NCBI GenBank assembly: GCA_049513715.1
Contig: JBEKVV010000001.1
Span: 576,001-640,000, forward strand
Direction: 5' to 3'
Length of the DNA stretch: 64,000 bases
Source: Candidatus Bathyarchaeia archaeon
Lineage (GTDB): Archaea; Thermoproteota; Bathyarchaeia; 40CM-2-53-6
Positions within the stretch are counted from its first letter, which is position 1; each line of letters starts with the position of its first letter. The notes beneath the pieces were generated by a model. It had not been told where the DNA came from. It worked only from the letters and a program-made list of their open reading frames with translations, and ran no database searches. The position numbers were made by a program, and so were the translations under genes. Positions 30,054-39,036 of the stretch are shown here, piece by piece.

Positions 30054-30681
30054 GCTAATCTACAAAGGGGCCGAAGCAGAAATCTACCTAGAACACTGGC
30101 ACGGCCAACCTGTAATTCGCAAGAGCCGGATGCCGAAACCCTACCGCATACCCGAGCTGGACGAGGCAATACGGCGGATGAGAACTGCGCATGAAGCAAC
30201 CATGATGCAAGAAGTCAGAAAATTGGGCGTTCCAGTTCCCACAATCCAACACATTGACATTGAAACCTCCACGCTGATAATGGACTATGTCAACGGCTCG
30301 AGTTTGAAGGATGAGTTGAACAAACTGCCTATGCCAACAAGGAAGTCGAGATGTAACATGCTAGGCAGGCTGTTGGCGCAAATGCATGAGGGTGGGATAT
30401 TTCACGGTGATTTGACCATTTCGAACGTGCTCTCCGAGAACGGTAAGCTGTACGTGATTGACTTTGGTTTGGGGGATTTTACGCATGAACTCGAGGACAA
30501 AGGTGTCGATCTCCTTTTACTCAACCGTGTTCTGAAGAGCACACACTACCGATATCATGTTCCACTTTTCAAAGCCTTCATGGACGGCTACTCTTCAGTA
30601 GTTGGAAAGAAGCAGGGCAAAGAGACGTTTCTGAAGATGAAGGAAATTGAGAGGCGGGGTAGGTATTTTGAAAGAGGCTAG
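30022..30681 (+). CDS. bud32: KEOPS kinase Bud32
   Basis: KGAEA, HGDLTISN, IDFGL, IERRGRY. Confidence 0.95.
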   Translation: MISLGETVHPKLIYKGAEAEIYLEHWHGQPVIRKSRMPKPYRIPELDEAIRRMRTAHEATMMQEVRKLGVPVPTIQHIDIETSTLIMDYVNGSSLKDELNKLPMPTRKSRCNMLGRLLAQMHEGGIFHGDLTISNVLSENGKLYVIDFGLGDFTHELEDKGVDLLLLNRVLKSTHYRYHVPLFKAFMDGYSSVVGKKQGKETFLKMKEIERRGRYFERG

Positions 30682-31246
30682 GCACAGCGTTTACTTTGCC
30701 ACCCATAACCGGAGCAAGTATATGGAGGCCTCACGAATCGCCGAAGTTTTCGGGATTCAACTGAAGCAACTCAATATCGAAAAAGAGGAAATTCAGTCAG
30801 ACAGCCTCACCGAGATTGCTTCACACGCAGCTCTTCAGGCCGCAAAATCAAGACCCTACAGAGTGGTCTCCGAAGACGCAGGCTTCTTCGTTGAAGCACT
30901 AGGAGGCTTTCCTGGTCCATATTCGGCCTACGCCTTCCGAACTTTAGGCACGGCAGGCATCTTGAAGCTAATGCGAGGCGAACGAAACCGAAATGCATCG
31001 TTCATGGCGGCACTGGCATACTGCCAACCTGGCAAACATCCCGTCTGTTTCAAAGGTGTCGTGAAAGGAGTTGTGAGTAGACGCCCCAAAGGAACCAATG
31101 GCTTTGGTTTCGACCCCATTTTCATTCCTTTGAAGGGCGATGGTCGCACATTCGCTGAAATGAGCATCGAAGAAAAGAACGTCATCTCGCACCGAGCTGG
31201 TGCATTCAGACAGTTCTCACGATGGTTCACGTCGAAACGGGAATGA
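30668..31246 (+). CDS. rdgB: Non-canonical purine NTP pyrophosphatase (RdgB/HAM1)
   Basis: FATHN, EEIQ, EDAG, GFPGPYS, GFGFDPIF, SHRA. Confidence 0.93.
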   Translation: MKEARHSVYFATHNRSKYMEASRIAEVFGIQLKQLNIEKEEIQSDSLTEIASHAALQAAKSRPYRVVSEDAGFFVEALGGFPGPYSAYAFRTLGTAGILKLMRGERNRNASFMAALAYCQPGKHPVCFKGVVKGVVSRRPKGTNGFGFDPIFIPLKGDGRTFAEMSIEEKNVISHRAGAFRQFSRWFTSKRE

Positions 31247-31263
31247 CGCTAGGTTTAGACAAC

Positions 31264-31270
31264 TTAAATA
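31264..31270 (+). promoter_or_regulatory. TATA box upstream of rps15
   Basis: TTAAATA about 60 nt upstream of the inferred start. Confidence 0.45.
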
Positions 31271-31329
31271 ATCAAGGTTCAAAGACTAGGCGACGATAGT
31301 CAGAATTCCAAACTTGGAGAGGATCGATC

Positions 31330-31779
31330 ACGGCTAGGCTTTACACAAGCAAACGAGGGCGGTCTGGGTCAACACGCCCAATCAGCAAGAAAACCCCAGC
31401 ATGGTGCAAATACACTTCGGAGGAAGTTGAGGCCTTAGTCTTGAAACTAGCCCGGGAAGGAAATTCCCCAAGCATAATAGGCGTGATGCTCCGAGACAGG
31501 TATGCTGTCCCACTTGTAAAGTCCGTCACGGGGAAGAGCGTGCATGAGATACTCAGTACGGGTGGTCAAGCCACACCCTTACCTGAAGACCTCAGCGTCC
31601 TGCTCAAGAAAGCTGGCGATATGAAGCGGCACTTGGAAAAGAACCGCAAGGACTACGTCAACAAACGATCACTCGCAATGATTGAATCGAAGATCCACCG
31701 CCTAGTGAAGTATTATCACGCGAGAGGGCTGCTTCGGCCTGAGTGGGAATACAAACACGTTGTGGCCTCAGTGGCATAG
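31330..31779 (+). CDS. rps15: 30S ribosomal protein uS15 (S15P/S13e), apparent ACG start
   Basis: In-frame (T)ARLYTSKRGRSGSTRP..PAW upstream of the listed ORF; GVMLRD, PEDL, ESKIHRLVKYY. Confidence 0.95.
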   Translation, partial: TARLYTSKRGRSGSTRPISKKTPAWCKYTSEEVEALVLKLAREGNSPSIIGVMLRDRYAVPLVKSVTGKSVHEILSTGGQATPLPEDLSVLLKKAGDMKRHLEKNRKDYVNKRSLAMIESKIHRLVKYYHARGLLRPEWEYKHVVASVA

Positions 31780-31782
31780 TAG

Positions 31783-33231
31783 ATGCCCACGGACCCAAAC
31801 CAAGACGCTTTCCTTGAACGTGCGAAACAGCTATCAGACGCAATCAAGGAAAACCTGCAAGCAGACTCGTTCATCACAGTAATCTCACACCACGACGCTG
31901 ACGGTCTTTCCTCCGCAAGCATCATAGGCGCTGCGCTAGCACGCGCCAAAGCCCGCTTCACTGTAAGAATCGTTGAAGAGCTGAGGGCGGATGTTGTGGA
32001 TGAGATTTCGATGGCAAAGCCCGATGTTGTGCTGTTCTGCGACATCGGCAGCGGCTATCTAGACCTGATTGGGACTCGGCTTGACGCCAAGGCCAGCTTG
32101 GTCATGGACCATCATCCGCCAAACGCTACTGTTCCAAGCAAAACGCTTCAACTCAACCCACATGAGTTCGGGATTGATGGCGCGAGGTTAGTGAGCGCTG
32201 CTGGCGTGTGTTACCTCGTGGCTAGAGAAGTATCGGACCAGAACAAGGACCTGAGCGCCATGGGGATCGTCGGCGCGCTGGGCGATATGCAGGACAAGAA
32301 TGAGAAGAGGTCGCTCATGGGCCTAAACGAGCTTCTCGTAGAAGATGCCGTTTCCTCGGGAAACGTTCGGATTGATACAGATTTGGTCATCTACGGAAGA
32401 GAGACGCGGCCTATTCATCGGGCCCTCGCCTATACAACCACACCTTACTTGCCAGACCTTAGCGGCCGGGAAGACAATTGCTTGACTCTCCTCACAAACA
32501 ACGGAATCGCAGTGAAAGATGGGGACCGTTTTCGCACTCTGGCGGATTTGACACAAGATGAAAAACAGAAACTGCTGAACGCAATAATCGCCCACCTGAC
32601 CTCGATCGGCTTTCAGTCCAGTGTTGTCCTCGATTTGGTTGGCACGGTGTATACTCTGGTCAAGGAACCACAAGGCAGCCCGACTAGGGACGCTAGAGAG
32701 TTCTCGTCTTTGCTCAACGCATGCGGCAGAACTGGTAATCCTTCGATTGGCGTCAGTGTGGGGCTAGGAGACAGGAAGACTGCTCTGGATGAGGCCAACG
32801 ACGTGGTCACAACCTACAGGAAGACGCTGGCATCATACATGGAATGGCTGACCAAATCACCCGAAGCAATCCAAAAGCTCAACTCAATCTGGATAATTCG
32901 CGGCGAGAACATGATTCAAGAAAGCATGACTGGGGCCTTCTCCTCTGTGATATCCTCAGCCGGAAACCTCTCCCCTGACCACGCCATATTCGTTCTTTCC
33001 CGTTCAAAGGACGGTGGAATCAAACTCTCAGGAAGAGCACCGCCGAAACTGCTCAAAATGGGTGTTAACCTAGGTGCAGCGCTCAGTGCAACTGCCCCGA
33101 AATACTCGGGCTTCGGGGGAGGGCACAATGTGGCAGCCGGTGCCCACATCAAAGTACAAGACCCCAACGACTTCCTTCAAGATCTAGACTCGGCAATAAC
33201 GGCGCAGATGAAGCAAAGCAATGGAAGCTGA
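31783..33231 (+). CDS. Archaeal RecJ-like DHH exonuclease
   Basis: HHDADG, DHH, GALGDMQD, LLNACGR, GGGHNVAAGA; conserved rps15-recJ-pcc1-rps3ae order. Confidence 0.9.
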   Translation: MPTDPNQDAFLERAKQLSDAIKENLQADSFITVISHHDADGLSSASIIGAALARAKARFTVRIVEELRADVVDEISMAKPDVVLFCDIGSGYLDLIGTRLDAKASLVMDHHPPNATVPSKTLQLNPHEFGIDGARLVSAAGVCYLVAREVSDQNKDLSAMGIVGALGDMQDKNEKRSLMGLNELLVEDAVSSGNVRIDTDLVIYGRETRPIHRALAYTTTPYLPDLSGREDNCLTLLTNNGIAVKDGDRFRTLADLTQDEKQKLLNAIIAHLTSIGFQSSVVLDLVGTVYTLVKEPQGSPTRDAREFSSLLNACGRTGNPSIGVSVGLGDRKTALDEANDVVTTYRKTLASYMEWLTKSPEAIQKLNSIWIIRGENMIQESMTGAFSSVISSAGNLSPDHAIFVLSRSKDGGIKLSGRAPPKLLKMGVNLGAALSATAPKYSGFGGGHNVAAGAHIKVQDPNDFLQDLDSAITAQMKQSNGS

Positions 33232-33475
33232 AATCAAACTCAAATACCGATCTCCGTTGTTTGCAGAAAGCGTGAAGAACGCTCTGAATCCGGACAACAA
33301 GTTGATGGGGGGAGGCATGAGGATTGCTGCCCGCACTCACGGGCGAATCGTAAGCATAACTATCAGAGGCTGTAGCAGAGTTGAGACGCTTCAAGCAACA
33401 GTCCAAGATGTTTTCCGCTGCCTTCGCGCCGCAGAATCATCGCTTTCGCGACTGGAGCAACGCAAGAGAGCATAG
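33221..33475 (+). CDS. pcc1: KEOPS subunit Pcc1
   Basis: ALNPDN, TLQATVQDVFRCL; gene order. Confidence 0.8.
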   Translation: MEAEIKLKYRSPLFAESVKNALNPDNKLMGGGMRIAARTHGRIVSITIRGCSRVETLQATVQDVFRCLRAAESSLSRLEQRKRA

Positions 33476-33496
33476 CGCTATTGTTGCTGTGAACTC

Positions 33497-33504
33497 TTTA
33501 AATA
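33497..33504 (+). promoter_or_regulatory. TATA box upstream of rps3ae
   Basis: TTTAAATA about 50 nt before the TTG start. Confidence 0.5.
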
Positions 33505-33553
33505 GCGCTCAAATGGTACGTTCACAAAAATCCGAAGCGATAGTGGAAATCAC

Positions 33554-34186
33554 TTGTCAAAGGCCACAAGAAAAGTCAGAGACAAATGGCGACTGAAAGA
33601 ATGGTACGATGTCTACAGCCCATCATACTTCGGTGAGATGGTAGTCGCAAGCATTCCTTGTGAAGACCCAAGCGCCATCATTGGGCGAGTTGTCGAAACA
33701 ACCCTTTACGACATTACGAATGATTTCGCCCACCAATCAATCAAACTCTACTTCCTAGTCGTGAACACGAAGGAGCACAGAGCGGAGACAATTCTCAAGT
33801 CGCATGAATATGCTACTGACTACTTGCGCAGCCTGGTAAGGCGCGGAAGCACTAGGATGGACGGCATCTTCAACGCCACTACAACGGACCAATTCTCAAG
33901 TAGAATATCCGTTGTAGCGTTTACGCGGGATCGGATAAAGGCCTCCCAGGAGCACGGCATTCGCCAGATGATGAGACAAGTGGTGGAAGAGAAAGCTGCA
34001 TCGCTAAGCTACGAGCAACTCTCTCACGAAGCAGTCCTGGGCAAGCTTGGGTCAGACATTTACAACATGGCAAAGAAGATAGCTCCTTTGAGGCATGTTG
34101 GCGTTAGGAAGTCGAGGCTCATATCGATTCCTGCTGGTGTCATCGCTACACCGGCGCAGGTTATCGAGCAGGCCAAAGCAGCCTAG
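33554..34186 (+). CDS. rps3ae: 30S ribosomal protein eS1 (S3Ae)
   Basis: KVRDKWRLKEWY, GRVVETTLYDIT, DYLRSLVRRG, KKIAPLR. Confidence 0.96.
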   Translation: MSKATRKVRDKWRLKEWYDVYSPSYFGEMVVASIPCEDPSAIIGRVVETTLYDITNDFAHQSIKLYFLVVNTKEHRAETILKSHEYATDYLRSLVRRGSTRMDGIFNATTTDQFSSRISVVAFTRDRIKASQEHGIRQMMRQVVEEKAASLSYEQLSHEAVLGKLGSDIYNMAKKIAPLRHVGVRKSRLISIPAGVIATPAQVIEQAKAA

Positions 34187-34321
34187 TTCATAGGAACAGT
34201 ACGGCGACCGGGATTTTTGATTCTCACTTCGCAAAAGTGGACAGCAAGAAAATGCGGTGTTTCACGCTACAAGTTTTCTGCGAGATTCATCAGACTAAGT
34301 AGACGGCGTCGAACCCAAAGG

Positions 34322-34627
34322 TTACCGGGCAGATCTCTTGTACATCTTCCGAATCTCCGCATGAATTTCGTCTAGGTCTTTCTGAAGACTGTCAACATCC
34401 GGAGGCAAAGCCTCGTCTGGTCTGGAACTGCCCGGAGTCGCTCGACTAGAGATTCTTTCCACTTCTTTAGATAGGCGTCGAATCTTTTCCTGCAGGTCAG
34501 CGGTCCTCTCAAGGCTGTGCAGGAGACCTGCCAATCCTCCCGTTATGATTCCTGCTGCAACGCCCGCTATGAACGAGACTACGTCGAAAGCCATGGCGAA
34601 TCCAAACCACACAAGTAGCTTTGGCAT
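34322..34627 (-). CDS. Small membrane-anchored coiled-coil protein
   Basis: Gly-rich TM helix followed by a heptad region; start may be ATG 34594. Confidence 0.6.
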   Translation of the reverse strand: MPKLLVWFGFAMAFDVVSFIAGVAAGIITGGLAGLLHSLERTADLQEKIRRLSKEVERISSRATPGSSRPDEALPPDVDSLQKDLDEIHAEIRKMYKRSAR

Positions 34628-34849
34628 ATATGCTAATAAACAGCCGACAGTTAGTGGCTTTAATTAGCTGACGACGCGTTTGAAATGCGCTGTTTCCGCA
34701 CGCCTACTCTTTGAGAGCTAATTAGTTCGACATTTTCTGCTAAACAGCGTTTTTTGATGTCGCAATTCCACGTAACTAAGAGACAAGAGGGGAAGGATTT
34801 TGAGGGCTCAAGATTAGTCAACACTTGCATGAATGGAGATCGGGTCCAA

Positions 34850-35746
34850 TTACAGACGATTTCGCAGAGCTTGCCGTTCTTTGGCGACCTCTTCCCTGAA
34901 TTCAGGTATAGCCTTCATGAGTGACGATTGCTTTCTATTGAGCTGGCGAATAATCCACCTTTGAGTTCTCTCGGGTCGTAATTGCCATATCGGGAGCTGT
35001 TCGTCCCACGCAAGGATTTGGTTATAGGTGACTTCGGCGGTGGCATAGAACCCCTCTGTCGTCTCAAGATAACGATTTGTAACCAAGAGTTCCAATGAAG
35101 GCAGCTTGAAGCGGGAAGTCACAAAGTGCCACTTTTTCGAGTCCGGCGTTTTTTCATTGTAACGAGCACTTTTCGTGATTAGCGATAGCACCTGCTCGTT
35201 CCGCGCTAATTCGGTCAAAACGGCTCCGAGTCTGCGGTCTGTTTCTTCGTGATGAATCACCTCGTAGATTGTGCCACGACCTGAAATTGCTTGTATGACA
35301 TGGCTGTCAGGTCGTTTCGGATTATCAAGGCAATCTTTGATTGCGGCGCGGAATCTGCTTTCGAACTTCTTCATACTTGCACTTTGTTTTGGTGAATACC
35401 GTAATGTTCCTTTAATCCCAAGGTCAAATGGAAGTTCTTGGTCAGATTCCAAAATGGTTATAGTACGATGAGCAAAGCTTTGTCGAACGCCCAATTCCCA
35501 GTATACGTTGGGATTTGCATCAGTCAGGTCCGCAACCACTATTTCTGAACTAATCAAGTCCGCTATTATTTGATTCAATATGTCACCACGCAAGGCTTCG
35601 GAACGATGTGCATCAATCGCATTGTCTTCTTCTATGAGCGGCTTCAAGAAGTCTTCGTAGAACTCAGTCCAGTATTCGGCTGTGTGTCTGATTGTCGTGC
35701 CACTAAAAGGCATAATCACAAAACATTTCGCTTTCGACTGTGACAA
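34850..35746 (-). CDS. Nucleoside 2-deoxyribosyltransferase-like (TIR-related fold) domain protein
   Basis: CFVIMPF, IVVADLTDANPNVYWELG, LPFDL. Confidence 0.7.
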   Translation of the reverse strand: MSQSKAKCFVIMPFSGTTIRHTAEYWTEFYEDFLKPLIEEDNAIDAHRSEALRGDILNQIIADLISSEIVVADLTDANPNVYWELGVRQSFAHRTITILESDQELPFDLGIKGTLRYSPKQSASMKKFESRFRAAIKDCLDNPKRPDSHVIQAISGRGTIYEVIHHEETDRRLGAVLTELARNEQVLSLITKSARYNEKTPDSKKWHFVTSRFKLPSLELLVTNRYLETTEGFYATAEVTYNQILAWDEQLPIWQLRPERTQRWIIRQLNRKQSSLMKAIPEFREEVAKERQALRNRL

Positions 35747-35774
35747 TTGTGATTTTTCCCTCTTTGACGTTCGT

Positions 35775-36461
35775 TCACTTGAGCGGCGGTTTTCCCGCGT
35801 CTGCTAGTTTTTGATTGATGGCTGCTTTTTTCTGCTTTAGGCGTTCAGGTTGGACGTAGTAGTGGTCGAAGAGGCCATCTAGGACGTCGAGATTCGACTC
35901 GGCCTCTCCGGCTTCAACCTCAACGATCTCCCCAGAGGACTTAGATTTTATGGGGTGTGTAGCGAAGTTGCCAACGACCCTTATTGCATCTACTATTTCT
36001 CGTAGGCTGCTTGGGAGTGTGGGCAACACTTCGTCAATCTGCTGTGACAATTCCTTCGACTTGGTGTGCGCCGCTTGTGTCAAGACTGTTTGCAGACACC
36101 TTCTTGACAATGCGGCGCTTGCCATTGGACTTATGGCAAGCACTTCAGCCGACTCCCGGTATACCGTCCTGACGTGCTCAGGAACTTCAGGCGGAACAGG
36201 CCTGACTGCTCCTCCCCGCGGCCAAATGAACCAATTTTGAGTCACCTTTTCCTTATAGTCAGTGCCTGCAGGTGTAGCGACCACACATGTAACTACGAGT
36301 CGCTGGCAATTCGGGCAACTTTCGAAGTCCACGGCGATTCGTTCCGAATCACTCCTGCCTTCAAGGGCATTGACCCCCCAGTCTGTGGTTGTTCCAACTG
36401 GACCAACGCTTTGAGGTTTGAAGTACACATCGTGAAGGCAATGCGGACACTTTCCTCTCAT
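35775..36461 (-). CDS. DUF4145 domain protein with N-terminal zinc ribbon
   Basis: CPHC/CPNC; SPMASAALSRRCLQ, IRVVGNFATH. Confidence 0.8.
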   Translation of the reverse strand: MRGKCPHCLHDVYFKPQSVGPVGTTTDWGVNALEGRSDSERIAVDFESCPNCQRLVVTCVVATPAGTDYKEKVTQNWFIWPRGGAVRPVPPEVPEHVRTVYRESAEVLAISPMASAALSRRCLQTVLTQAAHTKSKELSQQIDEVLPTLPSSLREIVDAIRVVGNFATHPIKSKSSGEIVEVEAGEAESNLDVLDGLFDHYYVQPERLKQKKAAINQKLADAGKPPLK

Positions 36462-36485
36462 TTCCTAACCGCCAACTTAGACTCC

Positions 36486-37454
36486 TTAGCTTCCGTGTCG
36501 TACGATATTCGTGATATATGCGAGTAATGACAAGAAACTAAGCAGGATTCCCACCGTCGGGGCATATCTGTTCAGGAGCTCCACCCCAGTAGCTAGACGG
36601 TTTTTTCTCTCAAAATCAAGAACGGCTAGACCGTGATCGGGGTCGAGTCGGAATAGGACAGGGTCAAGCGACCTGTCGGCTATGAGCCTGCTAGCAAGAC
36701 TTCTTAGCAGTGGGTCATGGCCTTTCTCTCGAAAAAGCGGAGTGACCATGAGACGAGCAACTGTATCTTTCTTAATGGCATGTCCCGCTTTCGTTGACAA
36801 ATAGTCGCTCATATGTGCCGCCCCTCTTTCAATCCACTTGACCTTCGAGAATTTGCTTTTCTCTATCATTGCACGACGCAGACATAGAGCAGCAAGTGTC
36901 CTTGAATTGAATATCCCCGTATAAACCGAAAAGGTCAACCCCCACACAAATGACGTCACCAGACTCAGAAAAATCAAATTGACGAGAGAATCCGAAATAA
37001 CGAATCCCCCAAATATCACCGTCAATTGACGCAACAGAAGGAAGAATATCATTAGAAGGATGGAATACTTCCATATGATTTCCGATCCTTCCATAATCCT
37101 GTAGTATACACCAAAATCCACTCTGCGATAGAACTGTGACATACCCACCGACGGAACAAGACCGACGAGTAACGAGGAAGCAACTGCAGCGTACGAAACG
37201 AAAATGGCTGCTGAACTTAGAAGATGTTGAAGGATCGTTCCGACGACGCTGACAACCAACACGATTGAAAAAAGCGACGACATAATGAACGCCAACCCGA
37301 CGACACCAGTTACCCACCACGTTTCGAGTTTTGCGAACCGTCCCTCCTTTCTGCCTAGTGGAACCCTGAGGTCAGAAAAACAGTAATCCGTCATTCGTTT
37401 TTTCAATTCCGTGCTACCACAAACACATGATTCCTCTGCCATCCTCGTGTTCAA
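36486..37454 (-). CDS. Hypothetical membrane protein
   Basis: 322-aa ORF with about 5 hydrophobic helices. Confidence 0.6.
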   Translation of the reverse strand: MNTRMAEESCVCGSTELKKRMTDYCFSDLRVPLGRKEGRFAKLETWWVTGVVGLAFIMSSLFSIVLVVSVVGTILQHLLSSAAIFVSYAAVASSLLVGLVPSVGMSQFYRRVDFGVYYRIMEGSEIIWKYSILLMIFFLLLRQLTVIFGGFVISDSLVNLIFLSLVTSFVWGLTFSVYTGIFNSRTLAALCLRRAMIEKSKFSKVKWIERGAAHMSDYLSTKAGHAIKKDTVARLMVTPLFREKGHDPLLRSLASRLIADRSLDPVLFRLDPDHGLAVLDFERKNRLATGVELLNRYAPTVGILLSFLSLLAYITNIVRHGS

Positions 37455-37523
37455 GCAATTTCCGAGTCATTGTCCCTGCTCGATGTCATGGTTTCATCAG
37501 CCAAGAGGAGCCTGTTGTGCTTC

Positions 37524-37694
37524 TTATTTTTTTGTATCAATTGTCGGTTGCGCTGGAAGTTCGCCTAACGGCTGCTCAAAGTCATTGCCGCAGCCTTCGC
37601 AGTAGTAGGTGAACCTGCAGATTTCGCCCTGCTGAGTCCAAATGCGTTCACAAGATTGAAGCGTCACGTTCGATTTGCAGTAGGGGCACCTCAA
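37524..37694 (-). CDS. Small zinc-ribbon protein, 56 aa
   Basis: Manual translation MRCPYCKS...YYCEGCGNDFEQP... Confidence 0.55.
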   Translation of the reverse strand: MRCPYCKSNVTLQSCERIWTQQGEICRFTYYCEGCGNDFEQPLGELPAQPTIDTKK

Positions 37695-37826
37695 TAGAAG
37701 TCACTGGCCTTCTCTGAGCGGCAAACATAGATAGCGGAAATGTTGTTTGCAGAGTGTACGCTCTGAGTTGACTCAAACTATTGAAGAAACAGACGAAAGC
37801 TCTCTCAATTATTGGTTCTCGCAATC

Positions 37827-38837
37827 CTATTTTTTCTTCTTTCTACTAACGACTAGAGAGGCGAATGCCGTCGTTACCGCGATTTCGGCATAGAATACCA
37901 TTTCAACCAAGCTGAGCTGTGGCGGAAGCAGTTGAACTGCACCGACGACGAAAGGCAACGTGCCGATTCCTATGCCGACAAATAGAGTAAGACCCTCTGA
38001 AACCTCAAGCACTTCGACCCTGCTGATTGCCACTATGATAAGTCCCAAGAAGAGCAGTGATGGAACCCAGAAAGCGAGTGTTCCTCGCAAGACTTCATCG
38101 GACGGACGCAGAAAGGAGACTTTCAAGGAATAGAAGTCATCGAATGACGAGAAGTTGACTGTATAATTCGCTGGTCCTTGATAGTAATTCCGCACTAAGT
38201 CAGCAGGAAGAGAGGACCCGAGCTTTACGAAATTCTGAGAAATCCTCCAGCTGTCGGCTATGCTTGGTGACGCTGAGACGTATGAAGTTAAACCCACGAG
38301 ATTGAGAGTCCTATTGAAACCGAACAAGAACGTAAGTGAATAGGCATCCCATGGGTATTCGCCCTCATGCTTCAGAGGCCATTCATGAGGTCTGGCACCT
38401 TTCTCAGGATAAGTCGGAAGCGGCCAATATCCACCTCGCTCCGGGCTAGAGAAGTCCCAGGTTCCATTCGAGAGCGTCGTTGGATGCCCCAAGATGTATT
38501 GGAAGTCTTTCGGAGACCATGAAAGAACGGAGTTGAATGACTTATTGTCGAGCGTTTGAAAATCCACTTGGAAAGAACTAGTTCGGAGAACGGTTCCCTT
38601 CACATCTAACTCAAGTGACTCTAGGGTAAATGCTGCGGACGCCTGCCCATTGGTAATGCCGAATGGTCCAAATGTGTAGTACGGTTTGCTCACGACCGGA
38701 TAGGATACGGCTGAGGCCCCGACGAACAAAACCGCTCCTGTGATGAGCACTAGCAAGGTTATGTGAATGGAATGTACGACAAACCATCTCCAACTCGATT
38801 GAAGATACGATTTCAGAGAGCCGATCAATTTGGGCAT
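37827..38837 (-). CDS. Hypothetical membrane protein (N-terminal TM, extracellular beta domain, 3 C-terminal TMs)
   Basis: Hydropathy pattern; YPWDAYSL motif. Confidence 0.65.
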   Translation of the reverse strand: MPKLIGSLKSYLQSSWRWFVVHSIHITLLVLITGAVLFVGASAVSYPVVSKPYYTFGPFGITNGQASAAFTLESLELDVKGTVLRTSSFQVDFQTLDNKSFNSVLSWSPKDFQYILGHPTTLSNGTWDFSSPERGGYWPLPTYPEKGARPHEWPLKHEGEYPWDAYSLTFLFGFNRTLNLVGLTSYVSASPSIADSWRISQNFVKLGSSLPADLVRNYYQGPANYTVNFSSFDDFYSLKVSFLRPSDEVLRGTLAFWVPSLLFLGLIIVAISRVEVLEVSEGLTLFVGIGIGTLPFVVGAVQLLPPQLSLVEMVFYAEIAVTTAFASLVVSRKKKK

Positions 38838-39036
38838 CTCGTGGCTTCACAACTCTCAATACTAATAGACGATATCTCGTGCTAGAATTTTTCGGTTGAT
38901 TCCCGACCAAGCTCGTAATCCAATCATCTTGATCTGAAGAAGTAATCAGCTACTTCTACAAGAATAAGGGAGACATCGACAATCCTTGAGTACACCCAAA
39001 GTTTCACTATGGAACGGTTGTGTGGCTAGCCGCGAT

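Noticed and set aside
34661..34724. 9-bp inverted repeat TAATTAGCT at the island's left edge
   Set aside because: Short and AT-rich, with no target duplication or second copy seen
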